Assembly (NCBI GenBank): GCA_016906335.1
Contig: JADEYG010000007.1
Span: 868,001 to 932,000 of the forward strand
Reading direction: 5' to 3'
DNA length: 64,000 nt
Origin: Novakomyces olei
Taxonomy: Eukaryota
Shown here: positions 1 through 11,484 of the stretch, in pieces
Layout of the letters: every line of letters begins with the position of its first letter
Position numbering within the stretch: position 1 is the first letter of the stretch
Made by a program: the position numbers and the translations under genes
Notes under the pieces: model-generated
Seen by the model: only the letters and a program-made list of their open reading frames with translations
Databases searched by the model: none
Told to the model about the DNA's origin: nothing

Positions 1-322
1 TTAAAGGATAATTTTATATTCGCATTGCGAGTGTTAATTGACAAATCGCACAATGATACTTGAACGATGTAGCGTAGAGAGTCGCACTGCAGCTGTAGAC
101 TATGTTAATGGAAATATTTTGATCCAAAATAGTAGGATTATAGATTATTTGTGCTTTCATGGCAATTATAATTGTGATTAATTTGTTTTGAATATACTTT
201 GAATCTACTATTTTCCATATCATAAAGTTCAAATTAAAAGCAATTTTTTTTTTATTTACGTCTGATTAATATTTAACTGATATTAAATTGATATTTATAG
301 CATGCCTAAATTCACGTACACC

Positions 323-2167
323 CTAGACAGAATACTTTTCAATCTGGCTTGCCAGGTCGAGCGACTCCTGCACATAGTTTATATGTGAAGCACTGAGAAC
401 ATTGTGACGAATCCGTGTATTGCCCTGATAGGAATCCTGTTTTGCCCGGACACGAAACACATAAGAAGTACAGACAGCAGCAGCAATAATTGCATTGTAT
501 TCGTCTTCTGACTGGGCACGCACGTCCATGAGCTCATTAGCCGATTTGCCCAAAATCATGGCCCCCACATCGTTAAAGGCAGAAAGCCATAATTGGCCAG
601 TGTGATCTGTCACACTCATGGTCATTATATAACGATATTCGGGCTTTGGAAACGAGCGATTGCATCTCTCACAGCGCCAAGAGCCGTCAGTGTCCTCATT
701 CACTTTTTTACTGCAGTCTGGTGAAGGACAGGCGGGATAAGTTAAATTGTCCTTTTTGAAAAAGGTCACCATGGCCTTGCATGAATAATAATCCGGGCTA
801 TCACCCATTCCAAGATTCTCATCCGTTACCTGAGCCAAAGTTTTGCGTTGGTCTTTACGCGTCTCTCCATTAACGCTCGCAACTGCAGCTGTGTGATGAG
901 TAGCAAAAGTCTCATTACGGCCCTGTGCATCGTACCAACCCTTGAGCATATGAGCTTGAGGCATATCAGGGTCAATTGCCATCGTGCTTGAAGAGACCAT
1001 GGAGAGAGAACGACCACCAAAGTCACTTACTCGCATGTTCTTAAAGGCAAGAACGCTGTCTTGATTGGCACCGAAATTTATAGCAGTTTTTCCCCATACT
1101 GTAAGGCGAATTTGGTAGCCAGAATTGTCAACTAGAGTCATTTCACGTTTAGTCATAGCTCTGTTTGTTGTTTTGGACGTAATTTCTGTAGCGTCCGCAA
1201 CGTCTTTAAGCACACCAATCACATCACACGTAGCGTCCTTTTCAATATTGGCAATATCACGAATTGGTTTAAAATCATACTGAATTTGGGGTACGGCTGA
1301 TTGATCCTCACACTTGCTGACCTCAGAGTCACGTTCAAACATTAGCTCGTACTCATGCTGGATATTGGTAAACTGCTTTTTGGCAATATTGACTCGGCAA
1401 CGTGAGATATAGTACGCTGAGCCTTCTTGCAAAACGTCATACAGCATATCAACTTCATTGTTGAACGCAGTTGCACGTATCTCACCGCTTTCATCCAGCA
1501 AATTTACGGAAAACAGTTTGCCCTCACCACGTTGATTCGACCACTGCCGTATATCCGTTTTCGAGGTAACTCTTGCCTTTATTGTCCACTTGTTTTGGTA
1601 GGGAGAAAGTGCTTCAATCATAGTTATTCCTGCTGGTGGCCGAGAGGCAGTTCCGCGTCCAGTAACGGAGGACTGATGGGGTTTGGTAGCGTTGCTGCTA
1701 TTTGAGACATTGTTTGTTGAGGGTTTGCTCTCGTTCCCGTAGAAGGATTTCCCGTTTGCTCCTGAATCCGACTGAGGCTGTGATTTGCTCATCTCTAGGG
1801 GCTTAGGAGACCCAAGCTTTTCCGTTATCGAGGAATCTACGGGCTCTGCATCCAACACGATGATGATCTTTCGTTCCTTCATCTGATTAAGCGTATACAT
1901 ATTGAACCGGACCAAGGCGCCTTTTGAAATGGCGCCTGATTGAACAAGATGATTAAGAGATGTAGTAAGCATTCCCTGCAGATAGTTCTCTGTGTCTGAT
2001 ATCACAAGGCGATAGCGAACAGGTCCTTGCGCGTCTCCGCTGCCGCCGCCTGAAGGCAGTTCTTTAACCTGTAATATTTGGAAAACTGGGTGCTGAGGCA
2101 GATTTGCACTGCCCTCGGAAGAGCGAAAAATTGTGGCTAAAAGACCACGCGAAACTTGCTCCGCCAT
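323..2167 (-). CDS. RFA1: Replication protein A 70 kDa subunit (ssDNA-binding, OB folds)
   Basis: Intronless ORF. Motifs LSPYQNKWTIKARVTSK, GEGKLFSVNLLDESGEIRATAF and C4 zinc ribbon YPACPSPDCSKKV...WRCERC. First ATG at 2167. Confidence 0.97.
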   Translation of the reverse strand: MAEQVSRGLLATIFRSSEGSANLPQHPVFQILQVKELPSGGGSGDAQGPVRYRLVISDTENYLQGMLTTSLNHLVQSGAISKGALVRFNMYTLNQMKERKIIIVLDAEPVDSSITEKLGSPKPLEMSKSQPQSDSGANGKSFYGNESKPSTNNVSNSSNATKPHQSSVTGRGTASRPPAGITMIEALSPYQNKWTIKARVTSKTDIRQWSNQRGEGKLFSVNLLDESGEIRATAFNNEVDMLYDVLQEGSAYYISRCRVNIAKKQFTNIQHEYELMFERDSEVSKCEDQSAVPQIQYDFKPIRDIANIEKDATCDVIGVLKDVADATEITSKTTNRAMTKREMTLVDNSGYQIRLTVWGKTAINFGANQDSVLAFKNMRVSDFGGRSLSMVSSSTMAIDPDMPQAHMLKGWYDAQGRNETFATHHTAAVASVNGETRKDQRKTLAQVTDENLGMGDSPDYYSCKAMVTFFKKDNLTYPACPSPDCSKKVNEDTDGSWRCERCNRSFPKPEYRYIMTMSVTDHTGQLWLSAFNDVGAMILGKSANELMDVRAQSEDEYNAIIAAAVCTSYVFRVRAKQDSYQGNTRIRHNVLSASHINYVQESLDLASQIEKYSV

Positions 2168-2217
2168 ACTTGGTGCTCTGTCCAAATTTGATTTTGGCTG
2201 AAAGCGTTTAGATCTGG

Positions 2218-2229
2218 ACGCGTACGCGT
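2218..2229. promoter_or_regulatory. Tandem MCB boxes (ACGCGT-ACGCGT) upstream of RPA1
   Basis: Two adjacent ACGCGT about 50 bp upstream of the ATG of a classic G1/S MBF target gene. Confidence 0.75.
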
Positions 2230-2347
2230 CTTAATTTGGGACGTGGAGATATTTTATATTTTATTTTATTTTATTGTATTATATAAATGATAACGCGATG
2301 AGCTGTAGCATTTGGCATTGCTTGAATAAAATTCAAGTAGTTTGTGC

Positions 2348-2791
<444 letters not shown>

Positions 2792-4260
2792 TGTTGGAAA
2801 TAATCAAAATAATACTGAGGATTGATCTATATAAGTACAGGTAGCACCCAGATTCAGGCTAGGTGACATTCAAGCTAATTTACTGACTTATAAAACTCAA
2901 CTTTCCAACAATAATAATAATAATAATAATAATAATACTGTATAAGCAGACGCGTAAATATTTAAGCTGCCTACTTCGATTATGTCGCGGCAAGTTTTAC
3001 TTCTTTTAAATTTTGTTTTATCAGCGCTTGACTTGTACGCAAACGAATGTATGGCTTTTAAGTCGCATGCTGCAATATTCAATTTCAATACAAATCAAAG
3101 ACTTGGGATTTGGGCCAAGACCTTTACTCTTTTATTGTTTTATTGTTTTATTGTTTTATTTTAATTTATTAGTTTATTAGTTTATTAGTTTATTAATTTA
3201 TATTTTCGTTGGTTTACTATTTTATTTGGTATAGAAACCCCCCAAATTTCCACATTGCCGGGATGATAAAATGCGCTTTAAACGTCTACAGTTACAATAT
3301 AGGGTTATTCAAATATACAATATTTTCCCTCATTCAGGGGAAGACAAAAGGTTGGGATACTGGGCGTGGTGACGGGGTTTATGGCGGAACCGCAATGGAA
3401 AAACAGTAGTCATTACGGTAAAGATGTCCATCATGGAATGAGAGGAAAACAAATGGCAACTATATGGACCAAGCAGAGTGGAATAGAGCCCCCGAATAAA
3501 AAATATGACGACTACGAGCTTGCATGTTTACTTACTATATTTGCCACGATAATAATTTGAGTTGACTAAAATTTTGTATCGGTAGAAGCTCTCAAAGAAA
3601 ATGTTGATTTAAAACCTAGCAATTCATCATCATCCGGTTAAGAAAACTTTTCGCATTGTGCTCTCTATGGTAACTACACACGAGATACTTGTGACTTGCA
3701 GATTGTTAATTCCAAAAATCACACAAATCTATCGATCAACTTACTTCAAACCAACAATGCTAAATATTCTATTGTGCAGTCTAAATAATAAAGATTGTTG
3801 ACATCGCTCCAATATCCAGTCCATTTAGGATGTTATAACAAATACAACGAAAAATGATAGTATGATCGTAATTACTTATTTTTTGAGGAATACTGGTCGC
3901 GTTACTTTGACTCGTCTTAATTACGGTCACGGGATCGCGTTTATTCCCCCCCAACAAAATTGGTTAAGTGCCATCACCCGAACGCGGCCATTTACAGGTT
4001 TTATGACTATCGATAGTCTATTGTTAGTAAGTCTCATACCATCTTACAAATCGTTCTAAAATGGCATACAAAATCTACCACAGTTCTCATGTCTATTTCA
4101 AGATGGCTGTATCCAAAAAAGACTCAAGTGTCATGTGTCATTATAATACGTGTCAAGAAAAAAAATACATTAAAATTCCTTCTCACCACGGAACCCAAGT
4201 AGGTTGGTAAGTATATATTTCGTTTATGGAGTACCGTTTCCGTTTTCGTCGCTTTAACGT

Positions 4261-4695
4261 AATTTTGGTCATGGAAACGCGGTCAGCTCATCTGAAAATG
4301 GAATAACAGACGCGTTTTTGTGACTCTGACGTATTTACGGTCACAGAAACGCGGTCAGCTCATCCGAAAATGGAATAACAGACGCGTTTCTGTGACTCTG
4401 ACGTAATTTTGGTCATGGAAACGCGGTCAGCTCATCTGAAAATGGAATAACAGACGCGTTTTTGTGACTCTGACGTATTTACGGTCACAGAAACGCGGTC
4501 AGCTCATCCGAAAATGGAATAACAGACGCGTTTCTGTGACTCTGACGTAATTTTGGTCATGGAAACGCGGTCAGCTCATCCGAAAATGGAATAACAGACG
4601 CGTTTCTGTGACTCTGACGTCATTACGGACACGGAAACGCGTTCAATCTCCACAAAATTTGAAATAAAACGCGTTCAGTCGCGAAAACGCGATAA
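4261..4695. repeat. 72-bp tandem repeat (alternating A/B variants, 144-bp dimer), 5 copies plus degenerate tail
   Basis: Units start at 4261, 4333, 4405, 4477 and 4549. Each has AAACGCGG, ACGCGT and TGACGT. B units contain the perfect inverted repeat GTCACAGAAACGCG...CGCGTTTCTGTGAC. Confidence 0.97.
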
Positions 4696-4729
4696 TTAAC
4701 AAAACTCGTGTCTTCCTCGCTGCAGAGGA

Positions 4730-4735
4730 TATAAA
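4730..4735 (+). promoter_or_regulatory. Candidate TATA box between the 72-bp array and the 167-bp array
   Basis: TATAAA(G) in a GC-richer context just downstream of clustered MCB/CRE motifs. No transcript evidence. Confidence 0.4.
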
Positions 4736-4805
4736 GGTGTGCCTTGTCCCCAGTCCCCAACCATCCTATACCACCATCTGGATTCATTCATTCATTATTT
4801 ATTTA

Positions 4806-6180
4806 CTACCTGAGACCAGGACAGGCTAGCACTCCGCTCATTTTTGAGAACCGCTTGAGCCGCACGCCATTCTCACACTTTTTGGACAGGTAAGTGAACC
4901 AGACCGAGATCCTCTTAAGGATCCATGTGCCACTTAATGCACTCTCTCCTACCGAGGCCAGGACAGGCTAGAATTCCGCTCATTTTTGAGGTCCGGACCG
5001 TTCGTGCCGCACGCCATTCTCGCATTTTTGGACAGGCTAGTATACCGCTCGGTTGTTACTGAGGACCGGACCAAGATCCTCTTAAGGATCCACATGCCGC
5101 TCAATGCACTCACTCCTACCGAGGCCAGGACAGGCTAGAATTCCGCTCATTTTTGAGGTCCGGACCGTACGTGCCGCACGCCATTCTCGCATTTTTGGAC
5201 AGGCTAGTATACCGCTCGGTTGTTACTGAGGACCGGACCAAGATCCTCTTAAGGATCCACATGCCGCTCAATGCACTCACTCCTACCGAGGCCAGGACAG
5301 GCTAGAATTCCGCTCATTTTTGAGGTCCGGACCGTACGTGCCGCACGCCATTCTCGCATTTTTGGACAGGCTAGTATACCGCTCGGTTTTTACTGAGGAC
5401 CGGACCAAGATCCTCTTAAGGATCCGCATGCCGCTCAATGCACTCTCTCCTACCGAGGCCAGGACAGGCTAGAATTCCGCTCATTTTTGAGGTCCGGACC
5501 GTACGTGCCGCACGCCATTCTCGCATTTTTGGACAGGCTAGTATACCGCTCGGTTTTTACTGAGGACCGGACCAAGATCCTCTTAAGGATCCACATGCCG
5601 CTCAATGCACTCACTCCTACCGAGGCCAGGACAGGCTAGAATTCCGCTCATTTTTGAGGTCCGGACCGCTCGTGCCGCACGCCATTCTCGCATTTTTGGA
5701 CAGGCTAGTATACCGCTCGGTTGTTACTGAGGACCGGACCAAGATCCTCTTAAGGATCCGCATGCCGCTCAATGCACTCATTTATTTAACTAACTAATGA
5801 TTTATTTATTTATTTATTTATTATTTACTACCTGAGGCCAGGACAGGCTAGAATTCCGCTCATTTTTGAGGTCCGGACCGTTCGTGCCGCACGCCATTCT
5901 CGCATTTTTGGACAGGCTAGTATACCGCTCGGTTTTTACTGAGGACCGGACCAAGATCCTCTTAAGGATCCACATGCCGCTCAATGCACTCACTCCTACC
6001 GAGGCCAGGACAGGCTAGAATTCCGCTCATTTTTGAGGTCCGGACCGTTCGTGCCGCACGCCATTCTCGCATTTTTGGACAGGCTAGTATACCGCTCGGT
6101 TGTTACTGAGGACCGGACCAAGATCCTCTTAAGGATCCACATGCCGCTCAATGCACTCATTTATTTAACTAACTAATGAT

Positions 6181-6215
<35 letters not shown>

Positions 6216-7121
6216 TTATTTACTACCTGAGGCCAGGACAGGCTAGAATTCCGCTCATTTTTGAGGTCCGGACCGCTCGTGCCGCACGCCATTCTCGCAT
6301 TTTTGGACAGGCTAGTATACCGCTCGGTTTTTACTGAGGACCGGACCAAGATCCTCTTAAGGATCCGCATGCCGCTCAATGCACTCTCTCCTACCGAGGC
6401 CAGGACAGGCTAGAATTCCGCTCATTTTTGAGGTCCGGACCGTACGTGCCGCACGCCATTCTCGCATTTTTGGACAGGCTAGTATACCGCTCGGTTTTTA
6501 CTGAGGACCGGACCAAGATCCTCTTAAGGATCCACATGCCGCTCAATGCACTCACTCCTACCGAGGCCAGGACAGGCTAGAATTCCGCTCATTTTTGAGG
6601 TCCGGACCGCTCGTGCCGCACGCCATTCTCGCATTTTTGGACAGGCTAGTATACCGCTCGGTTGTTACTGAGGACCGGACCAAGATCCTCTTAAGGATCC
6701 GCATGCCGCTCAATGCACTCATTTATTTAACTAACTAATGATTTATTTATTTATTTATTTATTATTTACTACCTGAGGCCAGGACAGGCTAGAATTCCGC
6801 TCATTTTTGAGGTCCGGACCGTTCGTGCCGCACGCCATTCTCGCATTTTTGGACAGGCTAGTATACCGCTCGGTTTTTACTGAGGACCGGACCAAGATCC
6901 TCTTAAGGATCCACATGCCGCTCAATGCACTCACTCCTACCGAGGCCAGGACAGGCTAGAATTCCGCTCATTTTTGAGGTCCGGACCGTTCGTGCCGCAC
7001 GCCATTCTCGCATTTTTGGACAGGCTAGTATACCGCTCGGTTGTTACTGAGGACCGGACCAAGATCCTCTTAAGGATCCACATGCCGCTCAATGCACTCA
7101 TTTATTTAACTAACTAATGAT

Positions 7122-7156
<35 letters not shown>

Positions 7157-7495
7157 TTATTTACTACCTGAGGCCAGGACAGGCTAGAATTCCGCTCATT
7201 TTTGAGGTCCGGACCGCTCGTGCCGCACGCCATTCTCGCATTTTTGGACAGGCTAGTATACCGCTCGGTTGTTACTGAGGACCGGACCAAGATCCTCTTA
7301 AGGATCCACATGCCGCTCAATGCATTCTCTCCTACCGAGGCCAGGACAGGCTAGAATTCCGCTCATTTTTGAGGTCCGGACCGTTCGTGCCGCACGCCAT
7401 TCTCGCATTTTTGGACAGGCTAGTATACCGCTCGGTTTTTACTGAGGACCGGACCAAGATCCTCTTAAGGATCCACATGCCGCTCAATGCACTCT
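4806..7495. repeat. 167-bp satellite, 15 monomers, with a 941-bp higher-order repeat
   Basis: Monomer starts near 4808 (diverged), 4951, 5118, 5285, 5452, 5619, 5830, 5998, 6225, 6393, 6560, 6771, 6939, 7166 and 7334. Segments 5452-6392 and 6393-7333 are near-identical 5-mers, each with two AT-rich inserts. Confidence 0.98.
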
Positions 7496-7538
7496 ACTTA
7501 TTTATTTTTCTATTTTATTTTTCCCCCATTTTTGGGGG

Positions 7539-7980
7539 GGGCGGCGAAGTCTGGCCACCTCCACGTGGTGTCGCCTGGAAACTGGGCCTGCTGTGGGACC
7601 TTTGGCGCCTTGAGCGGGTTCAGGCTAGGAGCTAGACACAATTCTATTTATTCCGTTTATTTATTAAATTTTCTTCATTTTCTCTGATTTTCTTATTTTT
7701 TTTTTTTGGGCGGCGAAGTCTGGCCACCTCCACGTGGTGCCGTCTGGAAACTGGGCCTGCTGTGGGACCTTTGGCGCCTTGAGCGGGTTCAGGCTAGGAG
7801 CTAGACACAATTCTATTTATTCCATTTGTTTAATTAATTAATTAATTAATTAATTAATTAATTAATTATTTATTTAGTTATTTATTCATTTTTCTTCATT
7901 TTCTCTGATTTTCCTATTTCTTTTGGGCGGCAATTTTAGCCATCTCCACGTGGTGCCTCCAGGAGACTGAGCCTGTTTAG
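7539..7980. repeat. ~169-bp tandem repeat containing CCACGTGG, 2 copies plus a diverged partial third
   Basis: GGGCGGCGAAGTCTGGCCACCTCCACGTGGTG... at 7539 and 7708. Diverged copy at 7925 after a (TTAA)n expansion. Confidence 0.93.
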
Positions 7981-8336
7981 GTGCTTCAAAATACAGATAA
8001 ACAAAGCCATAATTATATCAGGCCAAATTGGCGCACACCGCCACGACTTCACTTGAACACATGTCGGTGTATTTGCGTACCCTCACAAATACCTTCCGAC
8101 GAACTACTCTAATCGGCCCATAGTTCAACAACCTTTAGACAGAAAATCACAAACAAACCGAATTATTAAACGAATCATTGATTGAGTAAAATTCGACAAA
8201 CAAGAATGATGCAATCAGATTAAAAAATAAAAACCGCCAAAGCGCCACAAAAAAATAAATTAGTAAATAAACTTATTTGAAAAGGCAGTGTAAATTGCAA
8301 AACAGAATACACACAAAGCATAGCAATAATACACCA

Positions 8337-9889
8337 TCAATCTAAATTTAGCGAGGGCAGTAATCGGTAATTGTTGTCTTGTAAATCAGTTGAATGATCA
8401 GGCAGCTGAGGCAGCTGTGGAGCAGCCGTTTCCAGTTTTCCTCCACTGCCGTAGCAAACTGTCTCTGTAGGCCATCCATCAGCTCGAGCGGCTGCACTCC
8501 AGCCTTCCAAGCACCGATGCAACGTTATATAGTACTTTTGATTGCACTTTCTCACACGATCCCCGAGTACCCGCTCAAATCCACACATTTTAAGTTCAGC
8601 CCGAACTCTATTTCTGTCCTGAGCTGAAGGCAGAGCCTCTAAAACTGCCTGCACTAGCTCAATTTGCTGTGCAACATAAGACATTGCCTCCCATTCCATA
8701 CCGCGAAGATAGCCAACGGGTACGTCTCTAGCAATTACATTGCCTTCATCTTTTTGTGTTGGCTCAACCACGTTGCCAGTGTGGAAAAATATCCAATAGA
8801 CACTTTGTGTCGTTTGTGCCAATTCCTCACACCAGCCACGGTAAGCGCGTGGCCTATACGCGGCCTTAATAAAATCGTGGACCCCTTCGTCCCTGTGATC
8901 GACCCGTGTCTCCAGCATTGAAAGCACTTTTCGGGCTCGCAGCTCTGTCGGCTGCTGCCTAACGTACCTTGTCAGTATCTTTGCAACGTCTCTGCGAGTA
9001 ATAAAGTCGTTTGTTTGAGGTTGTGCCAGTAATAATTGTGTTAATAACATTAAAATGTTTGAGTGATCTGCGATAAAGGCATCGCCGGCTATTGTACTGC
9101 CAATAGCATTAATGCAGCCTACTGAGTGTGACAGTATGGCGGCCTGAGTATCCGTCTGCCACTTTAATCTCATAGTTGCATTGAGCATATCCGCCACAGC
9201 CACGAACCCGGAGCCGACACGAAACTCTTCTATCCATTCTATAGACTCGTTGCGTAACAGTCGGCAAAGTCGGTGCAGTACTGATGCGACTTCGGTCTCC
9301 ACGGATTCACGATCTAATTTAAAGTCTGCAACTAGACGAACAAGGCATGCTGCAGCTCTCTCCGGTTGGGATAGAAGCAATTGCTTTCCCTCCCCATCCT
9401 CGTCTCGGCGCTTGTTCTCCAATGTACAATTTTCTGATTCTGCTGGGAACAACCGTCGACGAGGACTGTTTTCTTTTTCTTTTTTAAAGGGCGAAACGCT
9501 TCTAGCGCCTCCTCCTGTCTTGGACGGGGAGAAGCCTCTTGAGGGAGACAAAGAAAGTAAGACTTCCTTTGCTGCCTTGAGCGGTGATCGTTTGTTGGGA
9601 CTAGAATTTTCGTTTTGGCTTCTTAGCGGTGACCTTGAACGCTTTGGAGTCTCCATCCCCGAGTTTTGTAGCTTGCTGCTCTGTAAAAGACGTGAATTAT
9701 CGAGCAACGCTTGCTTTACTCTTTCGTCCATACTATCCAGTCCGCTGTGGAGCGACACCGGAATTTGCTGCTCTGCCTTTGTTGTTAGGTTTTAGCGATC
9801 AGTCTTAGACTTACAAGTAGTGCGGAGAAAGAGTCCTTGATGCTATTGCTGCCGCTGCTCTTGCAGCTTTCCGGTCGGTCTACCGTCAT
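8337..9889 (-). CDS. Formin GTPase-binding (Drf_GBD/ARM-like) domain protein, S. pombe Rid1-like
   Basis: Exon 1 at 9815-9889, 38-nt intron at 9777-9814 (GTAAGT..CTAAC..AAG), joined in frame to the long ORF. GBD-like LRNESIEWIEEF..GF and conserved fungal C-terminus YWIFFH..GMEWEA..RNRVRAELK.CGFE. Confidence 0.7.
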
Positions 9890-11484
9890 TTTATCGAGTT
9901 CATTAGTCCTTTCCTTGTTTACCTTGTAAACAATGTTGCCATGTCGATAACTTGGACGTTTGCATTACATACATTTATGCGCAAGTATCGCTACAGCTGG
10001 ATCCCGAACACCCCGGATTCTGATAAAACAGTAGACAAATCGTAGGCGCGTGTACAAAACAAAGGTGACGGTGCGAGTCAAATGACCCACCGTAATCTCA
10101 CTAGTCTATTAGTGCCTTTAAATTTACGGTTGAATTAGCGTCAATCTCTATTTTTAACATCCATGTATGGGTTACTAGTAATCTTTACCGTTCTATGGGA
10201 ACTCGGAAATAAATTGGAAATGTTTTGGTAATATTTTGGAAATATTGACCATTATGTTTGGATACCAATTGTTCAATCATAACGGTTAATCTTTCCCGTT
10301 TGCATTTGACTCGAACGTAGCGAATTTATGTCTATCTTATTATAATAGCTGATTTCAGAGCTTATTGTTCATCGATTTTTAATTCAATCAATGGGGTTTC
10401 ATTGTGGCAATAGCATGCGTAAAGGCTTCGTGATATTGACCAAGTCTTTGTAAGTCTTCGTGGGCATAACGGTAATTACCTCAATAAACAGACAGCCCTA
10501 CCGGCAGATATCTTATTGACGCTACAGTTTGTAACTAGTTTGAATTTTAAATACGTAGACAGTTTGAGTTAGCTTGGACCGGCTCAGTCTCAATAACGGT
10601 AAACCAGCGCATTTGCTTCTAATTCAAGACGAGACTAGGACCCGTTGAGGTTTGACGATTACAATTCATTTAATTATAGATCGAACCTTTTGACTTTCGC
10701 ACTAGCGTGTGCCTCGATCAGTGAAAAGCAGGGCCGCTTACTTTTACTCATAGATTAATAATAATTATGGCAACCACAAGCCTGATTTGCTATTAGCCTG
10801 ATAGCTAGCAAACTAGCCCTGACAAGATCTGATAAAAATCAATAGGCTAAAAAGGGTTAAGAAACTAGGTGCGATAGGCAACGAGACCAAGATTTAATTG
10901 CAGCAGACTAAATCAAATTATAGACGAAATCAGCCGGCTTGCAAATGGCAATCAATCCTTTGCTCCGTTAACTTTTGTTTAACGCGCAATCTCCAAGTAT
11001 ACAATTTAGTAAGACTCGCTCACTCTTTTGCGCTGCTTTTACAGGTGTACATATCGCAGCCACGCGTAATAATAAGTTCTTGCGCTATTATTATGACATC
11101 AAGGTATTATGACATCAAGTATACTTACTACCATTTGAACGGTTGTCCATTCTTGACTTGCCATTGGCCAGGAGCGGTCGGGAACTCACAAGAAATGCAT
11201 ACTTAATCCAAGACTTGTTTCCCATACGTCAAAATACCAGCATACGCGTCATTGACATGTGCGTATACTATACTGAGAAAAATATACAGTTTGTGACTTA
11301 ATTCCTTGTTCTTTTGAAATTAACTTTGAATTACTACATTCTGAATGGACTGGCAGCTAGATCAAAGGAGATTCATGTGATCAAGGACGTTTGCATACAG
11401 AGCGACAAAACGCGGTCACGCAGCATTTAAAGCCGCGTTTAGGCGCTATAGGGCTGCTTACAACGGCCGACAAACTCAATATAA

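Noticed and set aside
2897-4200. Short ORFs left of the arrays as a possible transposase remnant or spliced gene
   Set aside because: The frames I translated showed no recognisable motif, and I found no terminal inverted repeats, LTR pair or target-site duplication.
4951-5117. Hammerhead ribozyme/retrozyme in the 167-bp monomer (CTGAGGA matches CUGANGA, and GTC is present)
   Set aside because: The monomer has no GAAA core (only GAAT), and I could not build stems I-III convincingly. An Infernal search would be needed to exclude variants.
4806-7495. CRISPR-like array
   Set aside because: There are no unique spacers, whole monomers are near-identical, the context is eukaryotic and no cas-like genes are present.
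7369-7687. ORFs reading out of the satellite (DRLVYRSVFTEDRTKILLRIHMPLNAL)
   Set aside because: The 167-bp period breaks the frame in every unit, monomer variants are non-synonymous, and the starts are non-ATG or internal.
9950-11400. Possible ncRNA or small gene in the 1.5-kb divergent rid1-like/VAC7 intergene
   Set aside because: I could not support any tRNA, snoRNA box pair or credible spliced ORF.
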